From Heptranchias perlo (lineage: Eukaryota), in contig NC_090332.1 of assembly GCF_035084215.1 (NCBI RefSeq), positions 80,910,001 through 80,974,000 of the forward strand: DNA of 64,000 bases. Reading direction: 5' to 3'. A model generated the notes under the pieces. It had not been told where the DNA came from. It made no database searches and saw only the letters and a list, made by a program, of their open reading frames with translations. A program made the translations under genes and the position numbers. Of the stretch, positions 50,400 to 64,000 are shown piece after piece; positions within the stretch are counted from its first letter, which is position 1; each line of letters starts with the position of its first letter.

Positions 50400-51060
50400 T
50401 CAGCAAGATAGATAGTCTGGCCCAAATTAACTGGGCCGAGTAGTTAGCAAATGGGTAAACAGGTTGATGGATCAGTAGTGTAAATGTACAAATACGAGAA
50501 AGATTGAGTACAAAAGAAATAGATTCCTATAAGGCGAAAAGAGGTCCATCAAAGAAAGACTTCCATGGATAAATAAAGAGATTAAAGTAAGCAAACACAA
50601 AAAGGAGGCATCTGATAAAGTTAGACCTAATTGATGAAAGTGGTGAGGGATCTGGGAAGTGTAGTGTGGAGGTGAAAAGGGAGATTAGAAAGGTTAAACG
50701 GGAATATATGTTAAAAAAAAAGGTTGGTTGACCATATTGTACCAGGAATGAGGGACTTCAGTTATGTGGAGACACTGGAGAAGCTGGGGTTGTTCTCCTT
50801 AGAACAAAGAAGGTTAACAGGGGATTTGATAGAGGTGTTCAAAATCATGAATGGTTTTGACAGAATAAATAAGGAGAAACTGTTTCCATTGGAAGATGAG
50901 TCAGTAACCAGAGGATAAGTTAAGGTAATTGGCAAAAAAACCAGAGGCAATATGAGGAAACACTTTTTATGCAGTGAGTGTAATGATCTGGAATGCACTG
51001 CCTGAAAAGGTGGTGGAAGTAGATTCAATAGTAACTTTCAAAAGGGAATTGGATCATCCA
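50400..51060 (+). mobile_element. CR1 fragments
   Basis: PGMRDFSYVETLEKLGLFSLEQRRLTGDLIEVFKIM. Confidence 0.8.
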
Positions 51061-53748
51061 TAGAAGCATGACAGGCTCCTGCTTTTTACAGAATGACAGG
51101 ATTCCTAGATTGCAGCCAAATGGCCCTATGCTCAATGCTCCAAACTATATAAACAGGAGAGGTTCCGCTCTCAGATCATTTGAGACCAGCGACACGGCAT
51201 AATGCAAGTGAATGCTCAGTCTCCCAGGAACCTGTCACAATGCCTTCATTTTAAGGCAGTCCACTGTGCCAGCACACTTTGATTGAGAAAAGCCCAAACT
51301 GGGCCAAAGCTGATTTTGTTCTCCATGGGAAGGGGTTGCAATGGGCCAGGGCCCATTTTCTTCACAGTGGGGTGTGGACAGAGAGAAAGGGAGAGGAGGA
51401 GAGATGGACAAGGAAAGAGGAGGGGATAAGGGGCGGAGGAGGAGCATCGGGAAATAGGGAAGGGGTGGGCTTCACTTGGCCAGGGCCATTTCCATTTCGG
51501 TTGGGTGGGGTTGCAGAAAGTTGGACTTTATCCCGGTTGGAGAGGTGCAGGTGTTGGATATCAAAATTGGTGAAAGTTCATGTATTTACCAGTTTCTGCT
51601 TGATGTTCGGCAGATAGAGGATTTGTTTCACCAGGGTGAATTAAATGCACAGTTTTTAGATATTTTTGTTGTTGGGATGTAGACAATGCTAGCAGGGACG
51701 TATTTATTGCCCAACTCCAGTTGCCCCCTGGACATTAAGGCCCCGATATTAATGGGGAGATGGGGAGGGTGCGGGGGAGGTCGTATCAGCCAAAGGACCC
51801 AGCAAGACTGGAGACGTGGAGGCTCTGGCAGCACAAGCAAGCAGCAGGAGGCCACAGCCAGGGACCGTGGGGATCGGGGCTTGAGGCTCAGGGCCGCGAC
51901 CGGGAGGGAAGGGCTGTGAACAGAGTTGCGATTGGAATCGAGGTGGGGAGGGGGGGGCGAGGTCTGTCACCAATCGGGGCCGGGGGAGGGTGGGCGGGGA
52001 GCGGTGGGGAGTGGTCTTGCCACGATCAGGGGCAGTCTGGTTCAAGGGAGACCTGGAGGAGCACTCCTGCCCCAAAAGAAAACCTGGAAAATAAATTTCA
52101 AACTTACCTTCTGGGCCTCTTCTGGCCCAGGATCTGGCAGCCGTCAGGTTTTATCTGACAGGGGAGTCGACATTGCTCACCCAAGTGAGTTTTGGATGGA
52201 CGGTCAAGGCCATCCATTTACAGCTTGATGTGGTTCACATCAAGGACTTTTAAGAGTGGCTCAATTGCTGCCAGATCTTCATGCTGCCGTTTGCAGCATC
52301 AGTTGAAAAAGTGATTTGGAGAATTTCTCGGAAGTTTTATGTTTGCCGATCGCATGGAATTTAAGCTGAAGAATTGGTTCCACATGTCAACTGCGGAAGG
52401 GTGAATGAATTTAAGCACAAGGATAGATGCCACTATCCAATGTCTGGAGGGCTGGGGAATGGCCCAGCAGGTTGTCACATAACGTTAGGGTGGTCCCACT
52501 TCATTAAACACATAACTTGACCCTCAGAGCATCACCTATAGATGCAATTCCATTAGAATATTTTGATCACTCCCATTTTTAATATATTATAGATGGTAAT
52601 CATGGAGCCTTACTGGTGCTTTGGGAGTCAAATTCCACAATTCTGGCTATTTTTCCATGAATCTGAAAATCAGTAATTCTCATCAGTTAATTATTATTTC
52701 TTTACTTTTTTACTCGATTTTTATCTTAAGTTTTTAAAAAAAGAAATCACCTGAAACTCTGTGCCTTGTACATAGAAACATGAACACGAACTGAAGCAAG
52801 AAATGAGTGACACAAAATCTGTTGGTCATCGGTACCCATTTTAGTTTCTCCAAGACCTTTTATACACCAAGAAACAAAAGTAAAAGTATCTTCCAAATGC
52901 TTGCTTTCTTTGTTTATGCACGAAGCAACCAGCAGCTACAGGGACAGTGCGTTATTTTTTTATTTTTTTGCGGTGGCGTCAACTGGTTGAACCTGGGAAA
53001 TATCATTTTAAAATATTTTAAAGCTATCATTATGAAATAATTTAGAGGCTGTTTCAAAATTGAAATACCTTCAACTTTGTTGCAGTGAGGAGGGAAGAAA
53101 CTTCTCGAGGAGAGAAGTATTAGAATCAAAGAATGGAAACAGCACTGCCTAGTATACAAGGATTACCAACATACCAAATTGACAGGCAGGAAAAGACCAA
53201 CTGGTCCATCAAGCCCGCCCCACACTATGACGGCCGGTCTGTCATGACTAAACACTTCTTCTCACCCTTCCTACCTCCCACCCACCCCAGCAGCCGTGTA
53301 ATCTCCTGGAAGAGGCAAAAAAAACAGAGAAAAAACCCAGGGCTAATAAGGGAAAAAATACTCTGGAAAATTCCTCTCTGACCCCCACCTCAGGCGATCG
53401 AAACCAGTCCAGGAGATCACATGGGCCAAGCGTTATCTATAAAGACACTTACCTTCTATGTGATGCGATCTCTGCCCCAGTCAGGAACTGGTCCAGCTCA
53501 CTCTTGAAGGCAGAGAGTCCGCACCCACCACACCAGCCGGCAATGTATTCCAGATGCTCACATTTCCCTGGGAAAAGGACTACCATCCAGTCTATTCCTA
53601 CTCTTCCACAGTTTAAACTCATGTCCCCTGGTCCTCCCCAATCTGTTAAACTGGAATAACCTATAAATAGGGACAGTATCCAGCCCTTTAATTATTTTAT
53701 AGATCTTTATCAGGTCACCTCTAAGTCTACACTGCTCTAAAGTTAATA

Positions 53749-53842
53749 TGAAATCACAAGCTTTCGGAGCTTTGCTCCTTCGTCAGGTGAAGTCACTCAA
53801 ATAAAGCTGTTGGACTATAACCTGGTGTTGTGTGACTCCTTA
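53749..53842. mobile_element. Penelope micro-insertion with an inverted hammerhead
   Basis: 12-bp TSD CTAAAGTTAATA (53737-53748 and 53843-53854). Confidence 0.85.
53755..53790 (-). ncRNA. Minimal type I hammerhead ribozyme motif
   Basis: Minus strand: TCAC CTGACGA A GGAGC-AAA-GCTCC GAA AGCT T GTGA. Confidence 0.8.
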
Positions 53843-56800
53843 CTAAAGTTAATAGACCAAGGTGTTTGAGCCTATCTGAGTATCTGAAGTTCTTTAAGCT
53901 AGGAATCATTATTGTAGCTCTTCTCTGAACCTTTTCCAAGGGCACTATATCACTCACCATGTGGGGGGACCAAAACTGGGCACAATACTCTGGATGCGGT
54001 CTGACCAGCGGCCTGTATAGTATCAAAATGTTGCCCTTTGATTTATACTGAATGGTTCTATTAATACAACCCAATACCTTGATAACTTTAGCTAAGGTTT
54101 CTCTACATTGGTCGTGAACCTTCAGTGATCTGTGAACAATAATACCAAGATCTTATTCTCTCTCAACCTCTTTCACTATTGTTGCCTGCAAATGATATGT
54201 GCATTCTGTGTTGGCCCTACCAACATGCATGGCACTATATTTATCTAAGTTAAACACCATTTGCTAATGTATGGTCCACTTTCCCAGCACATCTAAATCT
54301 TTTTGGATTTGATTGCACTCCTCTACCGTCTTAACCCTTGCACAGATTTTGGTATCGTCTGGAAATTTACTTACCATACTCCCAACACCACTGTCCAAGC
54401 CATTAATAAAGACAGTGAAGAGTAGTGGACCTAGGACCGATCCCTGGGAGACACCACTAGTAACATGTCTCCAGGTTGAACCACATCCGTTAACTACAAC
54501 TTTTTGGCTGTGGGATTGGAGCCAATTCCTACTTCAGTATTTCAAATTTCTACTGATATCTTGTGAAGTAACCTAGTGTGAGGTATCTTATCAAAGGCTT
54601 TCTGAAAGTCTAGGGAGATAATGTCTACCGAATTGCCCTCATCCACTACCCTAGTGACTTCCTCAAAAAACTCTATCATATTTGTTAGGTACGACCTATT
54701 TTTTCAGAATCTGTGTTGTGTATTTCTAATGGCCCCTTCTGTTTCCCAGTGATCATAAAGGGCATCTCTTATGATCGCTTCCAGCATCTTCCCAAGAATG
54801 GATGTCAGGCTGATAGGCTTGAAAGCTAAGTTTGCAATGGAGTCATGTACAGCTTTACTCAGTAAAACTAATGCAAACACTTTGTAGATGTTACTCATGT
54901 CAGAAGGTGCGACAAAATCATAACACAGGAAGTAAGAAAGCATGACAATATTAAGCACATGAAGTTGCAAGAAGTTTAATATATTTTAGACAGAGAGTGA
55001 AGGAGGGATGGATAATGGGTTTAATACACTGATGTCACTCTTGTCTTGAGAGACACGTGACTTCAGTGACAGAGCAGAAAATAAAAACATGGGCGGTGTT
55101 TTCTTGGTATATGCCCTAGAAATGAGCAAAGTGCCTCACTACTAGAAGTATGGGAAGCTTTTCCAAGGTGACCAGCAAATTTACAAAAATTCGCGAGCAT
55201 CACTAAGTGAAACTTTTGAAACTCACAAGGCCTGCTGTGCCGTTAACAGTTTTAAAAATAAAAAGATGTCGATGCATATGAAGGGGCCCGCTTTGCCCTG
55301 TCAATAACACTGGTCCGAGAAATTCACTGCATCAACATTCATTTTTTGTTTCCCTCTTCTCCAGTTTTCTTTGTGCGCATGCACTCTCCAGGAGGCAGCC
55401 GCTTATGTCAGGGTTTCAGTAGTCCTGTGGTGCCTCACTCAGGTGATCATTCAATATGTGTGATGCTGGACAATTAGTATTGGCAGATTATTCGACCATG
55501 AGTCCCATAGCAGTCAAAGACAAGTCAATCCATATCTAACAGTCAAATACACTGAATAATAATCAGAACAAAAAGCTTAATTCCTCTCCCCCCTGCCCCC
55601 ATCACCATCACCGCTCACTGCATTGGTCAGCACGCACCACTCACAAATCATTATGTTAAGATATGCAAAGATTACTGAGCGGTGTTTTGGTGGCATTTAA
55701 CCCCAAAATATGGGCACCCATTAGTTGCAGAGACAGGCGGAGGAATGTCTGGCCCAATTGCTGGTTAGTGGTTGGATTGCAACAAAGAAAATTTGCTGTC
55801 ATCAACCTCCCGTATCATTAGACGGCTGGAGTTTTGTTGTACTGAGTACAGGACTCCACCTGTGCTGGAGAGATGTGAGACTATTTTTGTCAAAACGCAG
55901 TGGCGCACAACTAAGGCCAACTTCTTATTGTCCTCGTTGTGGGGGGGCGGGGAGGTAATTTTGACTTTGGGTGATAGTGTAAAATGGCTGATATTGAATC
56001 AGCTGCCATTATACATTGAAGTCAACAAAAATGAAAATCGTGAGAGATGTATATCCAATATCCAATATTTACACTATCACCCAAAGGCTTAATGACCCCC
56101 ACTGCCATTTAAAAAGAAAAAGAAAATTTAGGAGTTCCATGAATAATTCTACAACCCTCCCTGATTGTATGTTCAGCGATAATTGATTACTGTCAACATT
56201 GATGTGAGTGGTAACATGAATAACCTGCAGATTGATATTACTCAAGAATTGAGCTGTATACCGTCTGCCAAGAGAAGACTAGCCCTCTGTTCCAAGGAAG
56301 GCATCAATCAAAACTATGTACTCAAGAGAAATGAAAGTGCAGGGGAGTGCCTTTATGTTCAAAGTACTTCCCCTTTTTATCGAAGAAAACTATACTCTTA
56401 CCAGATAGTTCTTGCGACTTTGTTTTTTAAATGCCAATTTTATCACTGCCATGGAGACCCTCGAGTGTCATTTCCTTCCTGCTTCAGCAAAGGGCTCTGT
56501 TTCACTCCCTGCTCGAGGAAAACATTGATACGTCAGATTTACAAGGAGAAAAAGCAGGCTGAGACTGCCATTCACAAATGAAACTTTGCTTGACATTTAT
56601 CAGAAACCCTGAAGCTGTTGCTACAAAGGATAATTGATCCATGACAGACTTTCTCACTGTGTGTATATTTATAATTGTGCTTTTAGTATTTGCCAAATAT
56701 TATGTTTCATTTTACTCTTTGATTGCAAATAAAGAAATTAATTCTTTTATGTGATGATATTTATCATTTTAAAGATAGTTTGGCAGCATAATGTGAGACG

Positions 56801-56879
56801 ACCTACTGTCAGGCAGCTTGTCCGACATTAAAGGAAAGATGAGTCATAAACTCCTCCACTGAACATCAAGAAGATCGAA

Positions 56880-58380
56880 TCCATTGTTTTTGACCCCGCC
56901 ACAAACTCTGCTCCCTTGCCACTGACGCCCTCCCCTTCCTCACTACTTGCTCAGGCTGAACTAAACAACAAAGCTTTGATGTCCTGTTCAGATCTGTGAT
57001 AAGTTTCCAATCCCATCATCAGACCCTGAATTTCCACCTCTGCAGCATTCCCCTTCTCCACCCAGCCCCTCTGCTGCCAAACCTTGATCCATGTTATTCT
57101 CTCAATTACTACAATGTCTTTTTTGTTTGCCTTCCATCCTCCTTAAACTTTGATTTGTCTAACACTCAGCTGGCCATAATCCTGTCCCACAGTAAATCTC
57201 CCTTAACATCACCCGTTACCTTTGGCTCCCTGTCACAAAAGACATTGGCCTAAATGTTAACTCGGAAAAATGAGTGGGTTGGAAGCAGGGGAGGCAGTAA
57301 AAATGTTTAAAATCTAAAACCCACCCCCAACCCGCCTCCAACCCACCCATTTCCGGTTTAGACGGAGACGGGACGAGGGGCGGGCAACCAATCCACTCTC
57401 AGGTGGCGGGTCGGTCACTAAAAGCTTTCAAGGAGGCTGTAGGCCTCCATTTTTACAGCTTTTTTTTTAACCCCTGGGGGCCGGGATTTCCGGGCCTTCT
57501 ACTTCGTGAGATGAGGCGAGAAGGCCCAAAAGTGCAGGTGAGTGCCTTTATAGCAGAGCTTGTGGGCCCGGATGAGCAGGAGTGATTCCCCCAGGCCCAA
57601 CAAACCTACCTGCAGCGAGCCCCCCTCAAAATGATCTCCAACCCCCCCCCCACGATCTGCGACTCCCTCATGACTCCCGAACCCGGACCCCCCCACCGAT
57701 GACTCCGATGACTACCAACCCCCGATGACTCGCGACCCTGATCTCCGATGACCCCCGACCTCCGATGACCCCTGACTCCAATGACTCCCGACCCTGACCC
57801 CCTGATGACCCCCGACAACTCCTGATGACCACCGACCCCCCGATGACCCCGAGCCCCCCCCATGACTGACCCCCCCACATCTAAGACTTACCTTCTCGCA
57901 TCCGTTTCCTTCCTCTTCTCCTGTCCGACTGAGGCTGTCGAAACCCGAAATTCCAGGTTTCGGATCAGGAACTCCACCCCATCGTCTTCCCAGCTCCTAG
58001 TAAAAATTTAGGCCATTAAATATAAAATCCTCAAATAAAAAATTCCTTGATGACCTCATTTCACAATTCCCTTAAGCCCTATATCCCCTTCAGACCTCCG
58101 ACTCTGGGCTTCTGTGGACCCCCCCCCCCCCCCCGTCTCTTTGACAAGAAGCCTTCAGCTGCCTCAGCTCTGCTCTATGGAACTCCCTCTCCAAACCTTG
58201 CTGTCTCTCCACCTCTCCCTCCACCTTTAGAAATCGTCTTAAAATCCATCTTTTCAACCAACCTTTCAATCACTACTCCTAATCTCTCCTCTCATTGTTC
58301 AGCATCAACCCCTCTTGTGAAGCTAATTATAATGTTTTTATCTTTATAGGTGCTTAAATAAATGCAAGTTGTTGTTGCTA
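56880..58380 (+). mobile_element. Old L2 3' fragment split by a MITE
   Basis: Pyrimidine-rich L2-like sequence on both sides of the MITE; ends TAAATGCAAGTTGTTGTTG. Confidence 0.6.
57247..58014. mobile_element. Harbinger-type MITE (family A, copy 3)
   Basis: Perfect 9-bp TIR GGCCTAAAT/ATTTAGGCC; 3-bp TSD ATT; GATGAC minisatellite at ~57660-57875. Confidence 0.85.
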
Positions 58381-59882
58381 TATTAGAATATAATAAACAG
58401 CATTTAGATTATTGTATGGAAAATTGGACAGGCTCTGTTACAGGCATGTGCTCTGCCCAGAAGAGTATTTAATGCCCAGATGAGAGGGAAATCTGCCCTA
58501 TATTGTGCATTGCATTAAGAAAAACATAACATGTAGCTTCTATCATACCTTCAGGATGTCCACTTTCCAGCCTATTAATTATTTGTGAAGTGAAGTCACT
58601 GTTGTTAAGTAGCAAATGTGGCAGTCCGTTGGTGTACAGCAAGATTCTATAAACAGAAAATGAGATAAATAACTTTGGCTTTATTTAATATGTAAAGCTT
58701 AGCTTGTGACTTACTTCCTCAAACTATTATTGAAAGTGGAAAGAGTGTGCATTTTGCTTAGTCTAGTTGGTGCCTCTGTCACCATGAAACTTCTTGTAAA
58801 CTGAGATGACAAAAGAGGTCAAAAAAGGTATACAATATTCTAACAAAGCCTTAATTTAACTATTTTTGAAACTGCACCTATAATGTAATTTTGTACATAG
58901 CACAAATAAGTCGAGAGCTGCTAAATTATTCAGTCCTGTTTTGTGAATTGACTATTAAAATTAATATTCTCCTAAGTTTCTAACATGGCTTCATGTCTTC
59001 CCATCATTGCCAACAGCAAATAAATCAAGTATCCAAAAGCACAAGAAAGATATAAATATCCATTTTTACAGTGATGTATAGTTGAAACTACCACATTATT
59101 GTCAATTTTTGTTCTAGGATGCCAATCCTAGAGGATGCCAGCAACTTAAAAGAATGCAGCAAGCTTGTTATACATGGTAGACATACAGCGCATGGCATGG
59201 GAGATGTATGTGTGTGGCCTGGGCTGTTAACAAGACTGATATGTAAACTTTTGTTTAATTATTAATCCAGATACTTCACGGACATCAATTCAATTCTTGT
59301 ATTGCCCACCCTTGCCAATGTTTTTTGACTCACTAAAAGGTTGTAACCCTACAGTGTGGAGTCCTCTCTTAACTATCATTCAAAATCTCTTTGGCACCAC
59401 ATCATGCGCACTTGGTACGAGCCATTGGTTTTATCTCACTGCTGCCCCATGAACGGTTATGACCAGGAAGAAACTCCAATTTCTCCTTCAAGAGGTGGGC
59501 ACGGAACTTGTATGCATTCCTCCGACCTTTCTGAACACAAATCAAATGAGCAGCCAGCACCGGGCTGCCAGGGAATCAGAGCACAGACAATTATGAAAAT
59601 CATAACCTGAATCCACAAATAGACCACTGCAGAAGACACATCCATGATGCACCTCTCTCTCGTAAACAAGGAGTTTGTCCACAGCAGCTGGAAATACCCA
59701 GCGCCCACAGCCCAGGTGAAATTGCCAATTAAGCAATTTTACGAGAAAATGTAGTGATTTATTGTCAGAACTGTGTATTTTGTCATCTGCTTGTTCTGCT
59801 ATTTCTTGCTGAATGTAGAATGGCAGCCTAAGACAGCGTGAAGAAATGAGTGACTTGGTCGGGTTTTTTTGGTTTGTGAAGG

Positions 59883-60543
59883 TGTCGAAACTTAACACTA
59901 TACCAATGCACTAACACACTCAGACCAGTATCACAAAGGGAAAAGTTTTACTTTAATTGACTTGTATACAAGGGAAGCTGTACTCTGAACAATGGTCAGA
60001 ATAACCTCTTCACTGAACAAAGGAAACAGTTCACATTTATACAGTTTAATTAGCAATGTCCACCTGTCATAGAATATGGGCATACATGTACATTCTTTAT
60101 TGGTTCAGGTAGTTGGTCAATCAAGTAGTGAGCCTGCCCCCTCTGGACGTCCATAGCTCATTCCTATATTGGCATGTAGGCCTCGTAGGCCCGAGCACAT
60201 TATCCTCCCTACATTCTAAAGCTGGTTATCAGTAGGGCTGAAGTCAGTCTCAAGGCCACATGGCCTCTCAAGAAACTGTATTCTCATTATATTTTATAGT
60301 CAGCAATACCCTTATCTGCTTGGGGGGGACAGACAGTACTAAGCACCTGCACAGCCAACTTAATTATCAACATACCAAGGCTTAAACATAATTACACAAT
60401 TGTGTCTTTCTGTGTGTGTGTGCTGTAGCTACCCCATTATGGGAGCCAAGGAGTTAACATGCATTTCTTCTTTACTATGGTCAAGTAACTGTTCATGCAT
60501 TTCTACATTAACATGGTCAAGTATCTCTTTATGTATTTCTACA
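59883..60543 (-). mobile_element. Solo LTR (661 bp)
   Basis: TGTCGAAA...TTTCTACA termini (7/8 inverted match), 4-bp TSD AAGG; on the minus strand CCAAT boxes, TATAAA (~60040) and ATTAAA (~59955) occur in U3-R-U5 order. Confidence 0.85.
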
Positions 60544-61276
60544 AAGGGGTAGTTTGGAAAACAAAAATGAGGGATTTGATTGCTCATTCCTCTGAAAGTT
60601 ACTTGTTCCAGATTGGTGTCTTTGCTAGTTTTGATTCATTCTTATTTAGCCAGTTGGATACTTGATTGGTACCCTTAACAAATACGTTATTTGAACCAAT
60701 GCTAACATTTTGCTTGGATGTGTGGCACTTTCAGGTGCGATGCCATTGAAAGGCGAGAGGCTATGGTTGTGTGCTAGGCATGAGCTTTAATTAAATGGAT
60801 TTGTGATATTTCCTTGCATTTGACACAGTAATGAATGAAAAGTAAGGTACTTGGTTGGAGGTCCAGATCTGGATTCAAAAGCACAGTTTTGCACACCTGT
60901 ATGAAGCTGGTTGTATAAGCAAGGTTTCTGAATACATGATTAGGCAGATCTGGATACTAGAAGCACAGATACCTAGCAAGACAAAAGTCAATCAATGTGA
61001 AGCTGGAATCTATACTTGGCATATTTCATGAGAATTGTGTGGCACTGGTTATCACTTGAAAGAATAACAATAGCAACACTGGGCAGTATCAGGGAGCTAA
61101 AAGGAAGTTTTCATTATATTATTTTTCTCTCCTTTAACTCCTTAAGTATGGTTCCATGGTGCCAAATGCCCTCTGATAACCCGCCCAAGTGACCATTCTT
61201 CATCTGTGAGTGTTGACAGGTTATTTAATTGTGGGGGCATCGCAGCTGAGTCTGATCCTGTCTTCATCCAAAACTA

Positions 61277-61972
61277 GGGGGTAGAAATTGGTTATGGCCT
61301 GTTTTTGGGGGCATACGGAGCATGCGCCCCAACCAGGAGGCCCGAGGCTTGCCCGAAATTGGGCCTCGGGCCTCACGAGGAAAGAGGCTCGTATGGAGCA
61401 TAAACGCCTGCACAGACCAGTTAGGCCAAATGGCCTGTTTCTGTGCTGTAGTTTTGATGTAACTCGATATGCTAAATTTGGGTGAGTTGCTGGCACTTTC
61501 GCGTGCAGCTCGCCCATTTTGCACGCGCGAATGTCAGGCTGCTTGCCTCGCCGGCAGTGGCCCAAAGGTAAGTCCCGAAATGGGGGGTTTAGCGGTAATG
61601 TGACTGGGTGGGTGTGGGCCGATCGTGGGGGGAGCACTCCTGGCTCCACAGCAACGTTTTCAGAATTTTTTTCCAAAAAACTAATCTTTTGCTAGTGGCT
61701 GTGAAGAATCTTAAGAGGACTAGGCCTGATGCCTGCCCCACTCATTGCAGGCCAATTTCTCTTTAGAGATACATGAACTAAGAAAAATTGGTTGAATTGC
61801 AGGCCAATTTCTCTAAAGGGATCTAAAACCAGGCCTTAAGCCCCCCCATCTACCTATGTAAGGGACTTAAACCTGTTTTAGGCAGCCGCCAGAAACGCCT
61901 GAAATATGTCCCGGGTTGGATCTCTTTCAGGTGTAGTTTGGGTGCACCTGTAATAAGGTCCAATTTTGACTC
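61277..61972. mobile_element. Harbinger-type MITE with a nested CR1 tail (61380-61470)
   Basis: GGGGGTAGAAATTGG...CCAATTTTGACTC; right boundary uncertain. Confidence 0.5.
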
Positions 61973-63684
61973 ATGGGAGTCACTTAGGATAAAAGGGAAC
62001 TGCTTGATCTTCCATCCCAGGAGTATTGAGACTAATTGTACCCCCTCACCAGCTGAGATGAGATAACCTGAGGCCCTACTGCTACCTTGTCAGTACTCAC
62101 CATAGACCAGGGATGTATGCAGGGCCTTCCAGCTCTCAGTGGCTTGTTCTACATTAGGTAGCACATTTTACAATTGGAACCACTAGGATAGTTCAAATCA
62201 CATTATTTTTCTTCGTTCAAGTATCTCTAAAGATAAATTATTGGATTGCTAAGTGAGTCTGCTGGAAGCTCCTTTAACATATCACGCAGGTCTGTTACGG
62301 GTATTGGCAGTAAAGAGGTGAGTCTAAAATGAATTGTCAGCCTCCCTCCTAATGAGTTTTGATGCAGCTGGTAAAATGCTGCTTGTGGAACAGCTGCTTC
62401 CCACGTTTCAAATAAATGAAGCTGTCGACTTTAACAAGTACATAATTATAGTCGAGTATTTGGCATTGAGTTGTTCTGAGCAGGGTCATCTGTACCCAAA
62501 TGGTGTTCTTGGTGGACAATTTTAATGGGCATTTAATGCTCTGTTTGCTTTTATAGCTTAATATGTAAAAAGTATTGTCAACAATGCTTTTTTTAACAAT
62601 TAATTAAAACTAAAAATAGAAAGACACTAAAATACAATGTTTACACAACACACCCTGGGGAAGAAAGTGTTGGCTACATTTTTGTTATCAAACATATGGC
62701 AGATATGAAACTTATTAATTCCCTTACATTTAATTTTATATCTATAGTCCCTCGTTCTAGGCCCTTCAAACAATAGAAACAGTCTGGCCTGGCCCTGATA
62801 TTAATGGGGAGGGTGCTGTGGGGGTGGGGGGATGGTGGCTGTGGACGGAGCTGCGATCAGGGCCGGGGGAGGGGAGGATGGGGGCTGCGGGCGGGGGCCG
62901 AGTTGGGTTGCAAATTGCCCCTACCATGGCAATGTGAGGCCCCGGAGGTTTTAAATCCTGGGCCTCATCTGCATAGACTCATTCAGGTTCCTGCCCCAAA
63001 CCAGTGGGCAAATGGCAGCTGGATGACGAATGGGACCAAAGGTAAGTCGCTGGGAGGGAGTCTGGGAGACAATCAGGGAAGGAGGCCTTGTAGGTCCCAG
63101 GGGAGCCTTGGATGTATCTCGTCAGGTCCTGTCACTTTATCCTCCTTTAGCTATAACTAACTTTTCTGTTATTTATTATAATTTACTATGATATCCCACT
63201 GTGAAATTTAATTTTACCATAACTCAGCAATTCGCTCCTGCATAGAAATATTAATCAGAACAGATCAGTTGGAATTCATCATTCATTGTTCTCGACCCAC
63301 TAAATAAAAATAAATAATAGAGTGAATGTTTTCAATAGATCAGCATTTATATGTACCAAAGTTGTCCAGGAATTTGCCATTGTTCAATTCTGTTATCATT
63401 TTTGGGTGGTGATGTTTTCATACCCTTGTACACACTGTGAAAGGTCTCCCCTGCCCTGTGCAGCATGTGCCAAGTCTGTAATCAGTGTTCGTACAGTGCA
63501 TTCAAAATTGAAATTTAGATATTTGTCTTTTGATTCTTTATCAGTTTTACCAGTAAAACAAAAAAAATATAAAAGAGGGAGAGGGTAGAAATATAACCAT
63601 GTGTTTAATGAATGTCAGTATCGAGGATGTGGACCACGAGTGCTTTTGCAGGCCATTAACCCAAGATCTCTCTATGTTCATTCA

Positions 63685-64000
63685 ATCATAGAATGATACA
63701 GCACAGAAGGCCATTCAGTCCAACTGGCCTGTACCAACTCTTTGAAAGAGCGATCCAATTAGTCCTGCTCTTTCCCCATAGCCCTGCAAACTTTTCCCCT
63801 TCAAGTATTTATCCAATTTCCTTTTGAAAGTTATTATTGAATCTGCTTCCACCACCCTTTCAGGCAGTGCATTCCAGATCATAACTACTTGCTGCATTAA
63901 AAAAATCTTCTCATCTCCCCTCTTGTTCTTTTGCCAATCACCTTAAATCTGTGTCCTCTGGGTACCGACTCTTCTGCCACTGGGAACAGTTTATCCATAT
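63685..64000 (-). mobile_element. CR1 3' end (continues beyond the window)
   Basis: VVMIWNALPERVVEADSIITFKRKLDKYL plus tail. Confidence 0.85.

Larger units (their letters stand above)
53165..54830 (-). mobile_element. CR1 LINE 3' part (RT + UTR), old
   Basis: FKPISLTSILGKMLEAII, LYRPLVRPHPEYCAQFWSP. Confidence 0.85.

Noticed and set aside
56183-56581. 132-aa ORF in unique sequence
   Set aside because: Non-ATG start and no recognisable motif; length is compatible with chance.
59883-60543. Missing 3' LTR of the 42377 element
   Set aside because: Opposite orientation, different sequence and its own TSD.

Overview
A vertebrate, repeat-dominated window. The CR1/L2/Penelope/Deu-SINE/Harbinger mix suggests a shark or other cartilaginous fish (inference). 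I could not identify any intact host protein-coding gene; nearly all long ORFs are transposon remnants or GC-rich low-complexity reads through them. Main contents: (1) a Penelope (GIY-YIG) 3' end and several Penelope-derived pieces carrying minimal hammerhead ribozymes; (2) many CR1 and L2 LINE fragments plus tRNA-derived and Deu-domain SINEs; (3) degenerate Harbinger/PIF transposase and Myb/SANT genes with many Harbinger-type MITEs; (4) a 661-bp solo LTR with a 4-bp TSD; (5) a 3.95-kb TSD-bounded LTR element at 42377-46327. That element combines an MHR plus CCHC Gag, a single in-frame gag-pro UGA, a foamy-like RT and a catalytically dead RNase H tether, which suggests a basal (loki-like) retrovirus rather than an ordinary Gypsy. 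Other notable patterns are ~100-bp TSD-flanked inverted Penelope micro-insertions and a conserved splice-donor plus GGAG-loop hairpin module shared by divergent Harbinger MITEs. All family assignments come from motif recognition by eye, not database searches, and many boundaries are approximate.
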